Below are positions 1 to 12,209 of a DNA stretch of 64,000 nucleotides, piece after piece. Every line of letters begins with the position of its first letter. Position 1 is the first letter of the stretch. Origin of the DNA: Zootoca vivipara (taxonomy: Eukaryota); assembly GCF_963506605.1 (NCBI RefSeq), contig NC_083290.1, positions 15,314,001-15,378,000 on the forward strand. The letters are read 5' to 3'. The notes under the pieces were generated by a model. That model was not told the origin of the DNA. It ran no database searches and saw only the letters and a program-made list of their open reading frames with translations. The position numbers and the translations under genes were made by a program.

Positions 1-1034
1 CCTCTTCTCACACTGACCAATCAGGTGCCAAACCCGCAAGCAGGATTTGAGCGTAACAGCACTCCCCCATCCTGGAGTTTCCAGCAACTTGTATTCAGGA
101 GAATTGGTGCCTTCAACTGTGGATGCAGAGCAGAGCCATCCTGGCTAGTAGCCCTCTCCCTGCAATGAATTGCTCTAATCCTGTTTTAATGCCATCGAAA
201 GCGGGGGGTGAGTTCAAGACTGTATCAAAGTTCTACTCAGGGGAGACCTATTGAAATTAGTGGCTCTACATTCACCACTTCTATTAACTCCAGTAGCTCT
301 GTGACTAAAACTGGATACGACCCTTGGCCCTCCACTGCTGCCTGAGCTGGTCTTGAGGATAAGGATCCTGCGGCAATCCGCTAGACTGTATTGCTATCCC
401 ACTGGTGCACATTGTACATATGTGTTCAGGCCAGATTCCATCAAATTTACTGAGTGTCCAGCTACATTCCAAGCTTGCATGCATAGAGGATGATTGGGAT
501 CAGAAGGTGCCCTGGAGTGAGGATGCAACATAAAGTGCTGCAGCTTGGTGGTAGAGCACCTGCTTTGCAGGTTTCAATGGAGGAGATAAAAGTTACTAGC
601 CATGATGTGTCTCTGAATACTGGTGGCTAAGAATCACAAACCATGGAGGGTGGTGTTGCAGTCAGGTCCTGCCTGCAGACTCCCCACTGAGGCATCCGGC
701 TGCCTGCTGTGGGAACAATACGCTGGACTAATACGCCCCTTTTGGCCTGATCCAGCTGTAGGGCTTTTCTTAGGTTCCAAGTGAATGAGTGCCTAACTTT
801 AAGGAAGGCTTCCTGTACAAGGTAAGGATTTTCTCACACTCCCATTTAAATTTCACCCACATTACCCAATTCCAAACCATGCCAATTCCAAACCCAATTC
901 CAAACCATGATGTGTTGGGGGGGGGAATCTTCTAAAACATTTCACAACTTCAGAAAACATTTCACCTACAGAAGGTACGACTGCTGGCAAATATTTCAGG
1001 AGAATGTGCATGGAGCTGCCAAGGTTAAACACCT

Positions 1035-1035
<1 letters not shown>

Positions 1036-1067
<32 letters not shown>
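1036..1067. repeat. (AC)n microsatellite
   Basis: Direct reading. Confidence 0.95.
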
Positions 1068-1068
<1 letters not shown>

Positions 1069-2169
1069 AGAAATTCCATATGTGATTAATGCAAAGTCCA
1101 CCAACTTCAATTGTAGCAAAGGGCCGAAAACAATCACTTGCCTGGTCCCCTATGATGAACAGTCTCATCTCTAGGCCACCACGCAGAGACAGCTTGGCTC
1201 CTTTTAAGCCCACAAATGGCTAACATACAGCATGTGTGGAGAGGAAGGCTAGTAACTTTCCTACACTTACACCTGCTAGGTTGACCTCCTTTTTTCCAGC
1301 AAGTATCCAGCTTTACCTTGAACATAGTGGAGTTGGCAGCAATTCAGGCAGTATTTTTTAAGGTCCCATACAGTACTTCTACAGTTTAATTGTGAAACCT
1401 TGTATGTTTAAATCTAGCACACCTGCTCTGGGAGCCAGCTTCCAAATAATCATTTAAAAAGGATTGATTTTCCAGGAACTGGGCAGAAGACACGACACGA
1501 AAAATTCCACTGTTTCTAGAAAATGACACACCTGGGTCTTCTCCAGTCCCAAATGAGAAGCAAGACATCTTTGTGTGCCATCTGAAAAAGTTGGAGGGGG
1601 ATTCTGAACAGAAGACCTCCTTACACAGTATAATGAAGGAGGACTTAAGAAATAGATAAATCAAGCATTCCTTCTGGTTTTCCAGTCTCCAGATTACTGA
1701 TTCCCTTTAGTTGTGCCATATTGCTGCTAATTATTACCAGGGCATCAAATTTCAGATCTGGCTGCAATTAAGGTGAAAAGAAGAATGATATTTGTCCAGC
1801 AGGGCACAAGATCTCCTGCTTGGCTCTGCCAGAGGAGCATAGCTTGACCTGTGACCCCTGCAATGTTCAGGGAGTTCCCTTGCAGGAGCAACAATGTGCT
1901 TCAAACACATCAGCTAATGAGATGAATGAAAATGTTCATTCTTGGGGTGGGTGTTGGGACAATAGTGACACAGCAAACTGCCTTATGTCGAGTCACACCT
2001 CTGGTCCATCCAGCTCAGTACTGTCAACAACGACTGGCATTTCAAGTTAGGTGTTTTCCCAGGTCTACCTGGAAGTGCTGGGGATTGAGCCTGGGACCTT
2101 CTGCGTGCAAAGCAGATGCTCCATCCCTGTGTTATGGCCCTTCCTCAGAGCCTGTATCTTTGCCAAGCT

Positions 2170-2312
2170 ATATCATAGAATAGTAGTTGGAAGGGACCCT
2201 GAGGATCATCTAGTCCAACCCCCTGCAATGCAGGAATATGCAGCTGTCCCAGATGGGGGATTGAACCTGCGATCTGGCATGATCAGCATCGTGCTCTAAC
2301 CAACTGAGCTGT
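2170..2312 (-). mobile_element. tRNA-Ile/CR1-tail SINE
   Basis: Reverse complement of the 41154-41300 family. Confidence 0.7.
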
Positions 2313-5300
2313 TCTTCCTCCAGTCTGCTATCTTCTCTTTTGTTTCAGCCACATCCCAGCTGTCTTTAGATGTGCTTGCTGGGCCAGCCCCTGACCTGGC
2401 AGTGCTCTAGCTTTCAACTGACCCTCTGGGTGGACTCTACATTGTCCTGCATGCCAAGCTAATCCAACTGTGCCAAGACTCACTCTATCAGTTGTCTACT
2501 GGCCAACTATGAGAAACAACAGCTAGGAATCAAGCAATACTCAATAAGTAGGGCAGCAGGGAAAGATGTGACGGGAAAAGAGGCAGGAGAGGTCAATCAG
2601 AAAGGTCAGGAAGCCTAGCAAATAGGAGAGGTCATCATGGCAATGGGTTGGGAAACTCAGTTCAAAGTATAACTAAAAAGATAAAACAGCACACTATTGT
2701 TAAGGAGTGGAGAAAATATGACGCTTTCCCAGCTTTTACTTGAGGGATTTGTTCGACTAAACAAACCACAGGGTCCCTACCCTGTACCAACAGGAATGAG
2801 CTGTCAATCCAGCCTCCACACAACACAGGCAAAAAAAACCTAGCTGCTGCCTGCCAAACTATCAGCAAGTCAACATGATAAATAGCAACAGCGCAAAACT
2901 GAGACTTTCTGAGGCTGCTAGTGTACTGATGAAAATCTTTCACACAAATAAGATTTCCTCGGGGATTTTATGATGTTTAGTAAGCCTCTTGTCTGACAAC
3001 ACTCCCCATTACCATAAGACAGACACAGGGCTTTAAAACCAAGTTGCACAGGCTATGTCTTTTTTAAAAAAAGTGAATCTATTTCACTGAATTTCTCAAA
3101 ATGTGGTGAAAACTGTATCTGAATATTGCAAAATCTATAGCATGTCTGATAAAAGTCCATGGTATTAGGGAACATGCACAAAACTTCTGGCTCTAAGAAG
3201 TGGATCACAATTCCCTATGAAAGCACAAGGAATTTACAAAATCTTTTTGAAAAGGATTAAAGTATTATGACACCAAGCAAGCCAGCACTGTGGCAAAATG
3301 CAGAGTGTCAATATACAGTAATGCACCGGACTTTGGTGCAGAACCTGGGGTAGATCTGCATAAAATAGGAAAAACCACTCGCCTGCAAAAGTATGTACTA
3401 GCCTGGGGGAGGAGGCCCTGGAAAGCTCTGTTCTGCTTGCACTGGCCCATTGCATAGTTGTGCTTCCCAATGGGAGGCGAGTCAAAGCGCACTGTCCCTC
3501 TTCCTCCCATCTGCTCACTGAAAATCACCCACATATAGCTCCTTGTGATCTCCAAGAGAGCCAAAGGCTTAACAATGCCTCAATCTGCCCTGAACTGGGG
3601 CCTCTTTCACCAGTGGAGACCAAGATAGAACTGAGTTCTCTTACTATTGGGTAGGAAATGCTGGTGTAGGAACACAGACTGCATCTGCATAATAAACAAG
3701 GTTCTTTGACATTATCTGAATAAGTGCATTTAATTCATCCCTCAATTTGACAAGCTCCTATCTCCGTGTTGCTTGCACAAACCCACACTCCACAATAAAC
3801 CTTTCCAACCTTACCTCCCAAACATTTCCCGCACCCAACCTCACCCCACCTGCTAGCTTCTGAGACACCATGCAAGTTCCGGCTTTAACAATGATACACA
3901 TGGTTACTGCGGAACTTGGTCTCAGTCCAAATAAATCTGTCAGCTGACACCTCCTGCTTCCTCCCCACAGCCTAATTTCTGTCAACGGTCACTCAGTCCA
4001 TCCAGTGAGGCCTGCTGGATGTTGCCTGTCATGACATTCTAAACCCACACAGTAGATCAAAGCCGAAATCAAAACAGTCCAAGACACACACCCGTCAGCT
4101 AACACAGCCTCACCCATTTTTTTTCCTTCTCTGCTTCCACCCTGCACTCATTCACTGCCACTCCCTCTCCTACTCAAAAATGTTGCTCAACACATACAGA
4201 TTCCTGGCATGCACAGCTCTTATCCTGGAGCCCAAGCCTCTTTGCAAAAGAATTTCTTCCAAGGGTCAGGAGAGAAAACAAGTGGCTACATTCAGCCAAC
4301 GGTCTAGATCTAGAACACTTGTTCAAATACAACAACCCGAACACACAGAGAGCCTTCCCTCTCCTCCTCACTCTCTGCTGGAGAAAGTTCCCAAACAGGT
4401 CCAACACATCTTGGTTCAGTAACTGAATCTTCCAACATTTGAAGCCTTTTATCTCACTCTTTAGTTAAAAAAGGCTCCCATAATTAATTACAAATATCAG
4501 TAAAGTAGATCAGAAGAACTACAAAGACCAGTCCCTGTCCTCAGGTTAAAAGTTTTATCAATTTACTTAAGTTCCTCCACAAAAAGCACACCCTAAAACC
4601 ACTCCCTGTAGGACAGAAACTCTTCATGCTAATCTTAGGGGTTATTTGACTATAATGTGGCTGCAGATTTGTCACCAAATGACCTCAGCAGAAATTCCAG
4701 AATGCAACACACTATTTAGGTGTTAGCAGATATTGTTCATCTTATGGAAAGCTACACCCACTCTGACTGGGTATTTTACTCTTCTGACAGCTTCTCTTCT
4801 TCCTATGTGATATGTACAGTATCCTCTCTCATGTACACAGGTGGCCTTTTGGCCTCACACTCTTGTAATATTTATCTTCCCTAAACTGTCTCTGTGTCTG
4901 GTAACTAAGACCACTTCACATATCTGATGAAGCACACTCTTGACCACAAAACCTCTCCCACAATATCCTATGATGAGCTAGAGCTCTTAGGTAGAACAGT
5001 AGTGACCAAGATTTGCTCCAAGACCTGTCAGCTGCAATCCTGTACGGTAGGTAGACTGGTCAGCATTAATCACCCCCATAGGGCAGTTATATAGTGGTGA
5101 GTCCCAATATTTTTTATTTACTTATTGCAGTTATTTTCCACCTTCTTCTTCAAGGCGCTCAAGGTGCCATAAATGGTTCCCCCTCTCCTCATTTAATCCC
5201 CACGCCAACCCTGTTAGGTAGGCCAGGCTGAGAGGCAGTGACTGGCACCCAAGGTCACACAATGAGCTTCATGGCCGAGTTGAGACGCGGACCCTGGTCT

Positions 5301-5666
5301 CCCAGTCCGACCCTCTACCCACAGCTAACTCCTCCCACTCTTTTATCACCCAAATTCATTGATGTTATCAGTCCCCCTTAAGTATGGGCAGAATGGGAAC
5401 TGCACCCTCTGCACCTGCCCAGCAAGACCCGAAACCACCCAAGAAGGTGGAAGCAGCAGGAGATACGCGTCGGGGCATTACTGGCGAGAGAGAAGGGGCA
5501 GGGGCAGTCTGTACATGCTCAGGGACCCTTCCGCACCGTGGAGGGAAATAACTCAGGCCACCTCAGGTCCTCGCGGGGGGGGGCGGGGGAGTAAGTCAGA
5601 CGCGCTCTGCACACCTTCGGGGACACCCTCTCCCCCCGAGCGGGTCTCCTCCCCGGCCCGCCTGAC

Positions 5667-5860
5667 CTGGAGGCGATGGCGGCGGAGCAGCGGACGCGGT
5701 CGCTAAGGTCGCAGAGGGCCCGGTAGTGGAGGTCGCGGCCCTTCTCACGCTCCAGGTGGCAGGCGTAGAGCGAGAGGGCGATGCCGGCCAGGCACACGGC
5801 ATAGCGGGCCACCCGCTCCCAGCGCGGCACCGAGACTCGCAGGAGGACGGGCGCCGCCAT
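5667..5860 (-). CDS. VKORC1L1: Vitamin K epoxide reductase complex subunit 1-like 1, coding exon 1 (remaining exons not seen in the window)
   Basis: Translates [65 protein letters not shown], the VKORC1L1 N-terminus with both loop cysteines. The 194-bp phase-2 exon ends at AG|GTCAGG (GT at 5666-5665) inside a CpG island. Confidence 0.96.
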
Positions 5861-6270
5861 CTTAGCCCAGCCCTCGCCTAGGCGGACCCGGCAGGAGACT
5901 TCTCGCCCCTGCGCGCGCGCAAGCTCACGCCACGACGCAAACCACGTCGCGCCACGCCCGCGCGTGTTGCCTCCCACCCACCTATTGGCTGAGATGAGCC
6001 ACGCCCCCTCCCCCTCACGCCCCTCGGCCTGGGTTCTTATTGCGGCTTCTCCTCCTCCTCCTCCTTTCTATCTCCTCTCTGAACGTGGCGCTCTCAGACG
6101 CGGAGCCAGCCGGCCAATCAGAACCACGGGCGCGTGTATTCTCATGGCCCCGCCCACTCTCATCCTACCGTCCGGCCCTACCCACCGCACCTCTAGCAGC
6201 GCTTACCGGTAGATAGGAGGATATCGCGAGGCTTGTGCGTGGCAAGGGAAGGCAATGGGCGTGGTCCTCC
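5861..6270 (-). promoter_or_regulatory. CpG-island promoter of VKORC1L1
   Basis: CpG-rich. Contains a GCGCGCGCGC NRF1-like run near 5911-5920, CCAAT boxes near 5984 and 6114, GC boxes, and a YY1-like GCCGCCATCTT overlapping the ATG. Confidence 0.75.
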
Positions 6271-6445
6271 ACTGCTACATTCTGCCCGGGCTGAGAGTTC
6301 GAATCCTGTGTTAGACAATTCCTGGCAGGGGGTTACTTTAATTTTTTTTGTATTACAGTATTTTTATTTCACTACAGTTTTTAATTATTTTTTTAATCCG
6401 TTTTTAGCTTTTCCTATTTTATCTGTGTTGTTTTAAATTGTGTAA

Positions 6446-6535
6446 CATAGCTGCCAAGTTTTCCCCTTTCTCGCGAGGAAGCCTATTCAGCATAAGGGAA
6501 AATCCCTTAAAATAAGGGATAACTTGGCAGCTATG
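6446..6535. mobile_element. 90-bp hAT MITE (CATAGCTGCCAAGTT TIR)
   Basis: TIRs plus 8-bp TSD TTGTGTAA. Confidence 0.85.
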
Positions 6536-8488
6536 TTGTGTAAGCAGCATAGATTCCCATCTGGTAAATATATGGGGTATGCAGTAAATAAATATGATAA
6601 TGATCTTATTTTGAAAATAACAACCACTTAATCCAGCAAGTGTGTGGCCCGATTAGATTATTATCTCTTGATGCTTCTGATAGTGGGCTGTATCCAACCT
6701 AAATTAGTCAGACATTCATTTTAATTGATCTGCTCTTGAGTTTTATTTTTATTTTTATTAATAAATGTATCAGCCACTCTTCAACAGCAGGTCCCAAGGC
6801 AAGTTGCAACAATTTGAACATTATAAATTAAAAACAGGCAGAACCCCTATGTCTTAAATACTTTTAATGTACTTTTTTATTTGAATGTATAAATTTGTGA
6901 TTTCATAAATATTGTTTTGTAGAGTTCTTATTGTTTAACCAATTTTATTTATTTCCAAACCCAAATTCCAAGACTTCCCAAGGCTGCTTACATTGAGAGC
7001 AAATCTGTAATGTCTCTATAACATACTGTTTCAATCACAATAATTCAGTCACTTTAAATGTAGTCAGTAGTACTGTAAAACAAAATGCAGCAGTCACCTT
7101 TGCAGTTAAAAGCCATGGGAAACAGGAGGTTGACTAGATGACCCTAAGAGTCCCTTCCAACTCTGCAATTCTATTGTTCTGTATTTTCTAGGTCAAACTT
7201 TCTCCCCTCTCCCACCATCCAGTCTTTATATTAACTCATACTGAAAGGACAGAGCATTCAAAGACATCAGACATAGTTACTACGGTATCTACATATTGGA
7301 TCCAGACAGTAGGTCCCCTGTTTATTCGGCTCTATCTGGGGCTTGCTGGACGGCCGTTCCGCATTATGAGTCCCTTTTGTTCAGAGAAACAAAGAGGGTC
7401 CTGATGACATCCTTTGGAGCCATGAATGCTACCCTTGTGCGACTTTATTGTCCCTTGGACCACAGGAAGAAAGATGGGAGTGGATATTCTATGGACGCAC
7501 TGCAACGCCATCCGCTAAGTATGACCAACCGTGCCAAGGGAATTGTCATGGGGGGGGGAGGGAGAATCTAAAATTAGACTTTAAGCCATCAGTTCATGGT
7601 ATACTATTAAACTGCATATATTAGGCCTCTCTGTGGTCTACCCCTGCACACAAAATAATTCTCCCGGAACAACAGGCGAAGGATGTTGATTGCCAATATT
7701 CTATATCATATGCCCATAGAACTTGCTCTCCGATATATCTTGATTCTACATTGGAATTTCCTAGGTATGCTAGATATCTGAATAATTTGACTATCCCCAA
7801 ATATCACCAGGCCTTTTGTATCTAAATAATCTGACAATCCCCAAATATTGCCAGGCCAGATTTAACAGTCTCCCTTCCACAATATTGGAAAGGTGTTACT
7901 GAGCTGTCCCATAGGAGGGTCATCTGTGTCCCTGTAGAGGTGAAGTTGTCAAAACTTTGGGTCACATCTTCTGGTAATCTCCATAGTGAGGAATGTACAG
8001 TAATAGGCTCTTTTGCCAGTTTTTGGCCAGGGAATTCCTGGCCACTGCTAACAGTTTGAATGATTCTTGACTACTGTACTTTTTGTGATATTCACCACTT
8101 TAAGTGGCTTATGCTCCCCACCGCCAATAAATAAATGTTTTATGTTTTTAGCTGAATGATTTTGCATCATTAATTGTGAACCACCTTGGAGTTATTCTTA
8201 ATGAAAGGAGAGATGACAATGGCTTTAAAATAAAGTTTAAAAGTTCATCTCCTACTTTAAAAAAATGTTAAGAATTGTTCTAAATAGATCAATGTTTTAT
8301 GTCTTCATTGAATTGTTATCATTGTAAACCACCTTGGGGTTATTTCTTAATAAAAGGTGGTATCAAATGGATTTAAATAATTAAACAAAATTAAACAAAA
8401 AAACATCATATATAAATATATTCAAATAATAATAAATGTAATGATAATATGTAATCATAAAAGTACATTTTATTTTCTGAGTCAGACA

Positions 8489-8491
<3 letters not shown>

Positions 8492-8527
<36 letters not shown>
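8492..8527. repeat. (AT)n microsatellite
   Basis: Direct reading. Confidence 0.95.
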
Positions 8528-8530
<3 letters not shown>

Positions 8531-8789
8531 TAATTTCATTTATCTCATCTATCATGCAAATATGTAATGATAATATAGAATAATAAAATAAAAATTATTT
8601 ATTTGCAATGTTTATAAGCAGCTTTTTATATGATATATATAGCCGATCTGCTATGACAGCACAGGCCCAGGGTAGCTAACGTGATGTCCCCCTCCAGGTG
8701 TTTTGGACTGCGAGGTGGCTGGTGGGAACTGTGGTCCAAAAACACCTGGAGGGCACCAGGTTGGCAAAGGCCGGGCCGGCTTCACACTA

Positions 8790-8895
8790 GGCCTTGGCAA
8801 CGCATTGCTATGGTAACGCTGTGGCGAGGGAGGGGGTGATGGCTCTATGACGCAACCCGGGGGAGGGCTGTATTTGCGCCGCGTGCCGCCAATAG
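8790..8895 (+). promoter_or_regulatory. Proximal promoter of the NUPR2-like gene (RFX X-box, CRE/ATF-like site, CCAAT box)
   Basis: CCTTGGCAAC (8792-8801), ATTGCTATGGTAAC (8804-8817), TGACGCAA (8848-8855) and GCCAAT (~8888), all within about 170 bp upstream of the ATG. Confidence 0.55.
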
Positions 8896-8957
8896 CGAAG
8901 CAGAAGCCGGGCAGCTCGTGGAGGAGGAGGAGCGCAGAGCAGGAGGGCGGCGCCAAG

Positions 8958-9530
8958 ATGCGGCGTGAGCGCAGCCGGTCCAGGGTTGCTCTTTCGACAG
9001 TGTCGGCTGATCCCCCTGCCGGCGCGGACGACGAAGAGCAGGAGTCGGTCCGTTCCTCGTCGCCTTCGGAGGAGCGCGTGGACCGGCTGCGGGATCGGAC
9101 GTACCGGGGCGGCCCGCGGGGGCCCGGCGCGGGCGGGAAGGGCCGGAGCCGCCGCGAGAGGGAGCAGCGCACCAACTGGACCTCCCCGTCCGGCCACGAG
9201 CGCAGGATCGCCGCCAAGATCCGCGCCAGCATCGCCAAGCGCCGCCGCCAGCAGCAGAGCGGGCCCCGATCCTCCCAGAACCGGAGCCGCAGCAGGGGCC
9301 GGCGCCGCACCGTCACCGCCACCTCCTCCCCGGGGCCAGAAGCAGCGGCAGACCCCGACTCTGCTGTCCAGCAGCAGCTGTGCCCGTCAGGAGCATCGGA
9401 GAGCGAGGAAGCCTCTTCACCCTGTTGTGACCAACGATGCGCCTCCTGCCCTGTACGCATGTTGTGGCTCCCCACCCCCCTTGCAATAGCTGAACCCACA
9501 TGCACACACGTGGCCCCCTCTATGCAATAA
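8958..9530 (+). CDS. NUPR2: NUPR2 (nuclear protein 2 / p8 family)-like intronless protein, 190 aa, Arg-rich with C-terminal extension
   Basis: ATG in GCCAAGATG context. Residues 61-97 KGRSRREREQRTNWTSPSGHERRIAAKIRASIAKRRR match the p8 core (recalled NUPR2 KGRTRREQALRTNWPAPGGHERKVAQKL...RKRR). CpG island, AATAAA at 9628-9633, adjacent to VKORC1L1. Confidence 0.78.
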   Translation: MRRERSRSRVALSTVSADPPAGADDEEQESVRSSSPSEERVDRLRDRTYRGGPRGPGAGGKGRSRREREQRTNWTSPSGHERRIAAKIRASIAKRRRQQQSGPRSSQNRSRSRGRRRTVTATSSPGPEAAADPDSAVQQQLCPSGASESEEASSPCCDQRCASCPVRMLWLPTPLAIAEPTCTHVAPSMQ

Positions 9531-9836
9531 TACACCCTTTCCCGTACACACACTTTCCCCTTTCTATTCAACACTGCACCCTCATACACATACTTTTTTA
9601 TCCCCTCTAGGCCGGGGTGCCAACTTGAATAAAACATTGGGAGGCCCAGGTAAGCCCCACCCTGCATAATCAATCACATGATGTGGCACACGCATACTAT
9701 TTGAATGGCAATGCCCATCAAGTTTTGGGTGGCCCACCCCTTCATTTATTTCATGGAGCAATGGGACCTCAGTCCCCCGGAGTTGGTTGCTATGCTCTAT
9801 GCAGTAATGCACACTTGATTCCATACCCCAATAGAT

Positions 9837-10180
9837 AAAGGTAAACTGACCATTAGGTCCAGTCGTGACTGACTCTGGGGTTGTGGCGCTCATCTCACGG
9901 TATTGGCTGAGGAAGCTGGCGTACAGCTTCTGGGTCATGTGGCCAGCAGGACAAAGCCGCTTCTGGTGAACCAGAGCAGCGCACGGAAACACCGTTTACC
10001 TTCCCGCTGTAGCGGTACCTATTTATCTATTTGCACTTTGACGTGCTTTCGAACTGCTAGGTGGCAGGAGCTGGGACTGAGCAACGGGAGCTCAGCCCCG
10101 TTGCGGGGATTCGAACCGCCAACCTTCTGATTGGCAAGCCCTAGGCTCTGTGGTTTGACCCACAGCGCCACCCACGTCCC
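9837..10180 (-). mobile_element. Sauria SINE, full length
   Basis: GGGACGTGGGTGGCGCTGTGG head with B-box GGTTCGAATCC, core gcaaatagataaataggtacc, (ACCTTT) tail. Flanking repeat CCATACCCCAA. Confidence 0.9.
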
Positions 10181-10616
10181 AGTCCCATACCCCAACACAT
10201 CCTTAGAAATATGGATGTGCCCCTCAGTATTCTACAGTGCTCCACCCCACCCATCTTTGAGAGGCACCTGGTCAATGGGGCTAAGAACATAAGAACCCTG
10301 CTGGATCAGGCCAAAGGGGGCGCATCTAGTCCAGCATCCTCTTCTCACAGTGGCCAACCAGATGCCCCAACGGGAAGCCGAAAAGTCAGAGCAGCAGCAC
10401 ACTCCCCACTTGTGATTCTGAGAAACTAGTATTAAGAGCCCTACGGTCTCTGACAGTAGAGGGAGAACATAGCCATTGTGGCTAGTAGCCGTCAATAGCC
10501 TGCTTATCCTCCCTGAATTTCTCTGATCCTCTTGAAGGCATTAAAGCTGGTGGCTGCAACTCATAGGAAGATAGGAAGCTGTATGAGTCAATCCATGATT
10601 GGATCATCTTTTACAC

Positions 10617-10802
10617 CAGGGGTTGTCAACCTGGTCCCTACCGCCCACTAGTGGGCATTTCAGGATTCTAGGTGGGCGTTAGGGGGTTCTACGGCACAAG
10701 CTGAATCCTCCTTCCATCGAGCACTGGTGGGTGGTAAGGAAATTTTACCATCAAGAAAGATGCATTAGTGGGCAGTAGGTATAAAAAGGTTGACTACCCC
10801 TG
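10617..10802. mobile_element. hAT MITE
   Basis: CAGGGGTTGTCAACCT...AGGTTGACTACCCCTG termini; degenerate TSD ending TACAC. Confidence 0.7.
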
Positions 10803-11354
10803 ATGTACACTAACTGGCAGTGGCTGTTTGGAATTTCAGGCAGGAGTCTCTCCCAATCCTACCTAGAGATGCCAGCGGGGATTGAACCAGAGATCTGCTT
10901 GCAAGGCAGATGCTATACCACTGAGCAATAATCCTTGGGGGTTCAGACTTGGCTTTGCTGCATCAGGTGTCCAAATAGCTGGGACAAGTTAATCCGAAGT
11001 AGAATCAGCCTTCCCCAGCCTACTGCAATTCCTAGCAACTGCTATTCATAAGCACAGCTCAGAGATAGAGCATCTCCCTCGCAACTGCCTATGTTCTGGC
11101 ATCTCCATTGTGACTACTGTACAGTACTAGGTATTGATTACCCTTCATGGATTTGTTTAATCCTCTTTCAAAGCCATCCAAGTTGGTGGCCATTTCTACA
11201 TTTTGTGGTTGTGAATTCTGTGTGTTCAGATATGCCCAAATGACTCCACTGAGTCTTGGTGCGATCTGGAATCCCAAATGCAATAATACCCCTCAAAGGC
11301 CAAAATAGCTCCCCCTCTGTGGCTTTTCAAGATTAGAAGCTCTACCATCAAGTA

Positions 11355-11580
11355 CAGTGGTACCTCTACTTACGAATGTTTCTACTTACGAACGGAGCTC
11401 CATCCGCCATCTTGGATGCGGTTTAGATAGGATTTTTTCTACTTACGAATTTTTGATAGGATTGCTTCGACTTACGAATTTTTTCTCCCAATGCATTCCT
11501 ATGGGATTCGACTTACAATTTTTTTCGACTTGCGAATGTGTGTTCGGAACGCATTAAATTCGTACGTAGAGGTACCACTG
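11355..11580. mobile_element. Tc1/mariner (Tigger-like) MITE
   Basis: TA|CAGTGGTACCTCTAC...GTAGAGGTACCACTG|TA. Confidence 0.85.
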
Positions 11581-12209
11581 TAGGTTCATAGGGACATCAT
11601 CACCTCAATTGCCCTCTACTGGAGAGGTTTGTAAAACATATTCAGGCCACCAAGTTGGTGAAGGCTGCTGTATGCCCACAGATTCCAATCGTAGGACTTC
11701 CCCCTTCCAAGGCTCTGGAGAGGTATCTGCATCATAAGTGCCCATAGCATCTGGGGTCAGGGTGAGAGAGATCCTGGATCCTGCTTCCAAAGGCCAGCTT
11801 CCAAGTAATACCGGTACCCTACAGAACTTAGGGTTGACTGTGCCGAGCCGGAGAGCCTCTTGTCCCGACGATTCAAGGCCCTTTTTTGTTATCTTGCAGG
11901 TTGAAGAAATGACCACCTACTGAGGGCTTTCCATCGCTGCCATCCTGGATGTCAGCTCCTCTGTAGCCAAAAACACCTTGGGCAGAGTTTGCTGCTGTGC
12001 TGCAGAGTCCCTTCACACCACTGGGTTCTCATCCTCCAGGGCTGTTTCGGTTAAATAACACAAAGGTTCTCGGGCAAAATTTAGTTTCATGATCTGTCTG
12101 GCACTTCCCAAGATCACACACAATTGGAAAAGGTGGGATATGTATGGACAGCCTTTGCCCAACCTCCCTTCAGATGTTTTGGATTACAACTCTTGTTGGT
12201 TCCAGCCAT

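Noticed and set aside
862-910. Short CCAATTCCAAAC triplicate considered as VKORC1L1 exon 2
   Set aside because: The translation does not match the expected WGRGFGLLG; it is a simple local repeat.
4920-4955. Degenerate hammerhead-like TATCTGATGAAG
   Set aside because: GAAA and the stems are not intact; at most an old Penelope relic.
5667-5860. VKORC1L1 loop differences from human as an anticoagulant-resistance signal
   Set aside because: They look like general sauropsid states as far as recalled, and the catalytic exons are outside the window.
5519-5977. 152-aa ORF as a full protein
   Set aside because: Only 5667-5860 is VKORC1L1. The rest is 5' flank and intron read-through.
7192-7571. Exon-like segment after an acceptor-like site between VKORC1L1 and NUPR2
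   Set aside because: Stops in the frames examined and no recognisable homology. A lncRNA exon cannot be excluded.
8847-8957. Upstream in-frame ATG extending the NUPR2-like ORF to 227 aa
   Set aside because: It lies within the CRE-like motif upstream of the CCAAT box, so probably upstream of the TSS. ATG 8958 has better context.
8651-9673. 340-aa minus-strand ORF, the longest in the track
   Set aside because: Antisense shadow of the GC-rich NUPR2-like CDS with no recognisable domain. The promoter motifs and poly(A) signal fit the + strand.
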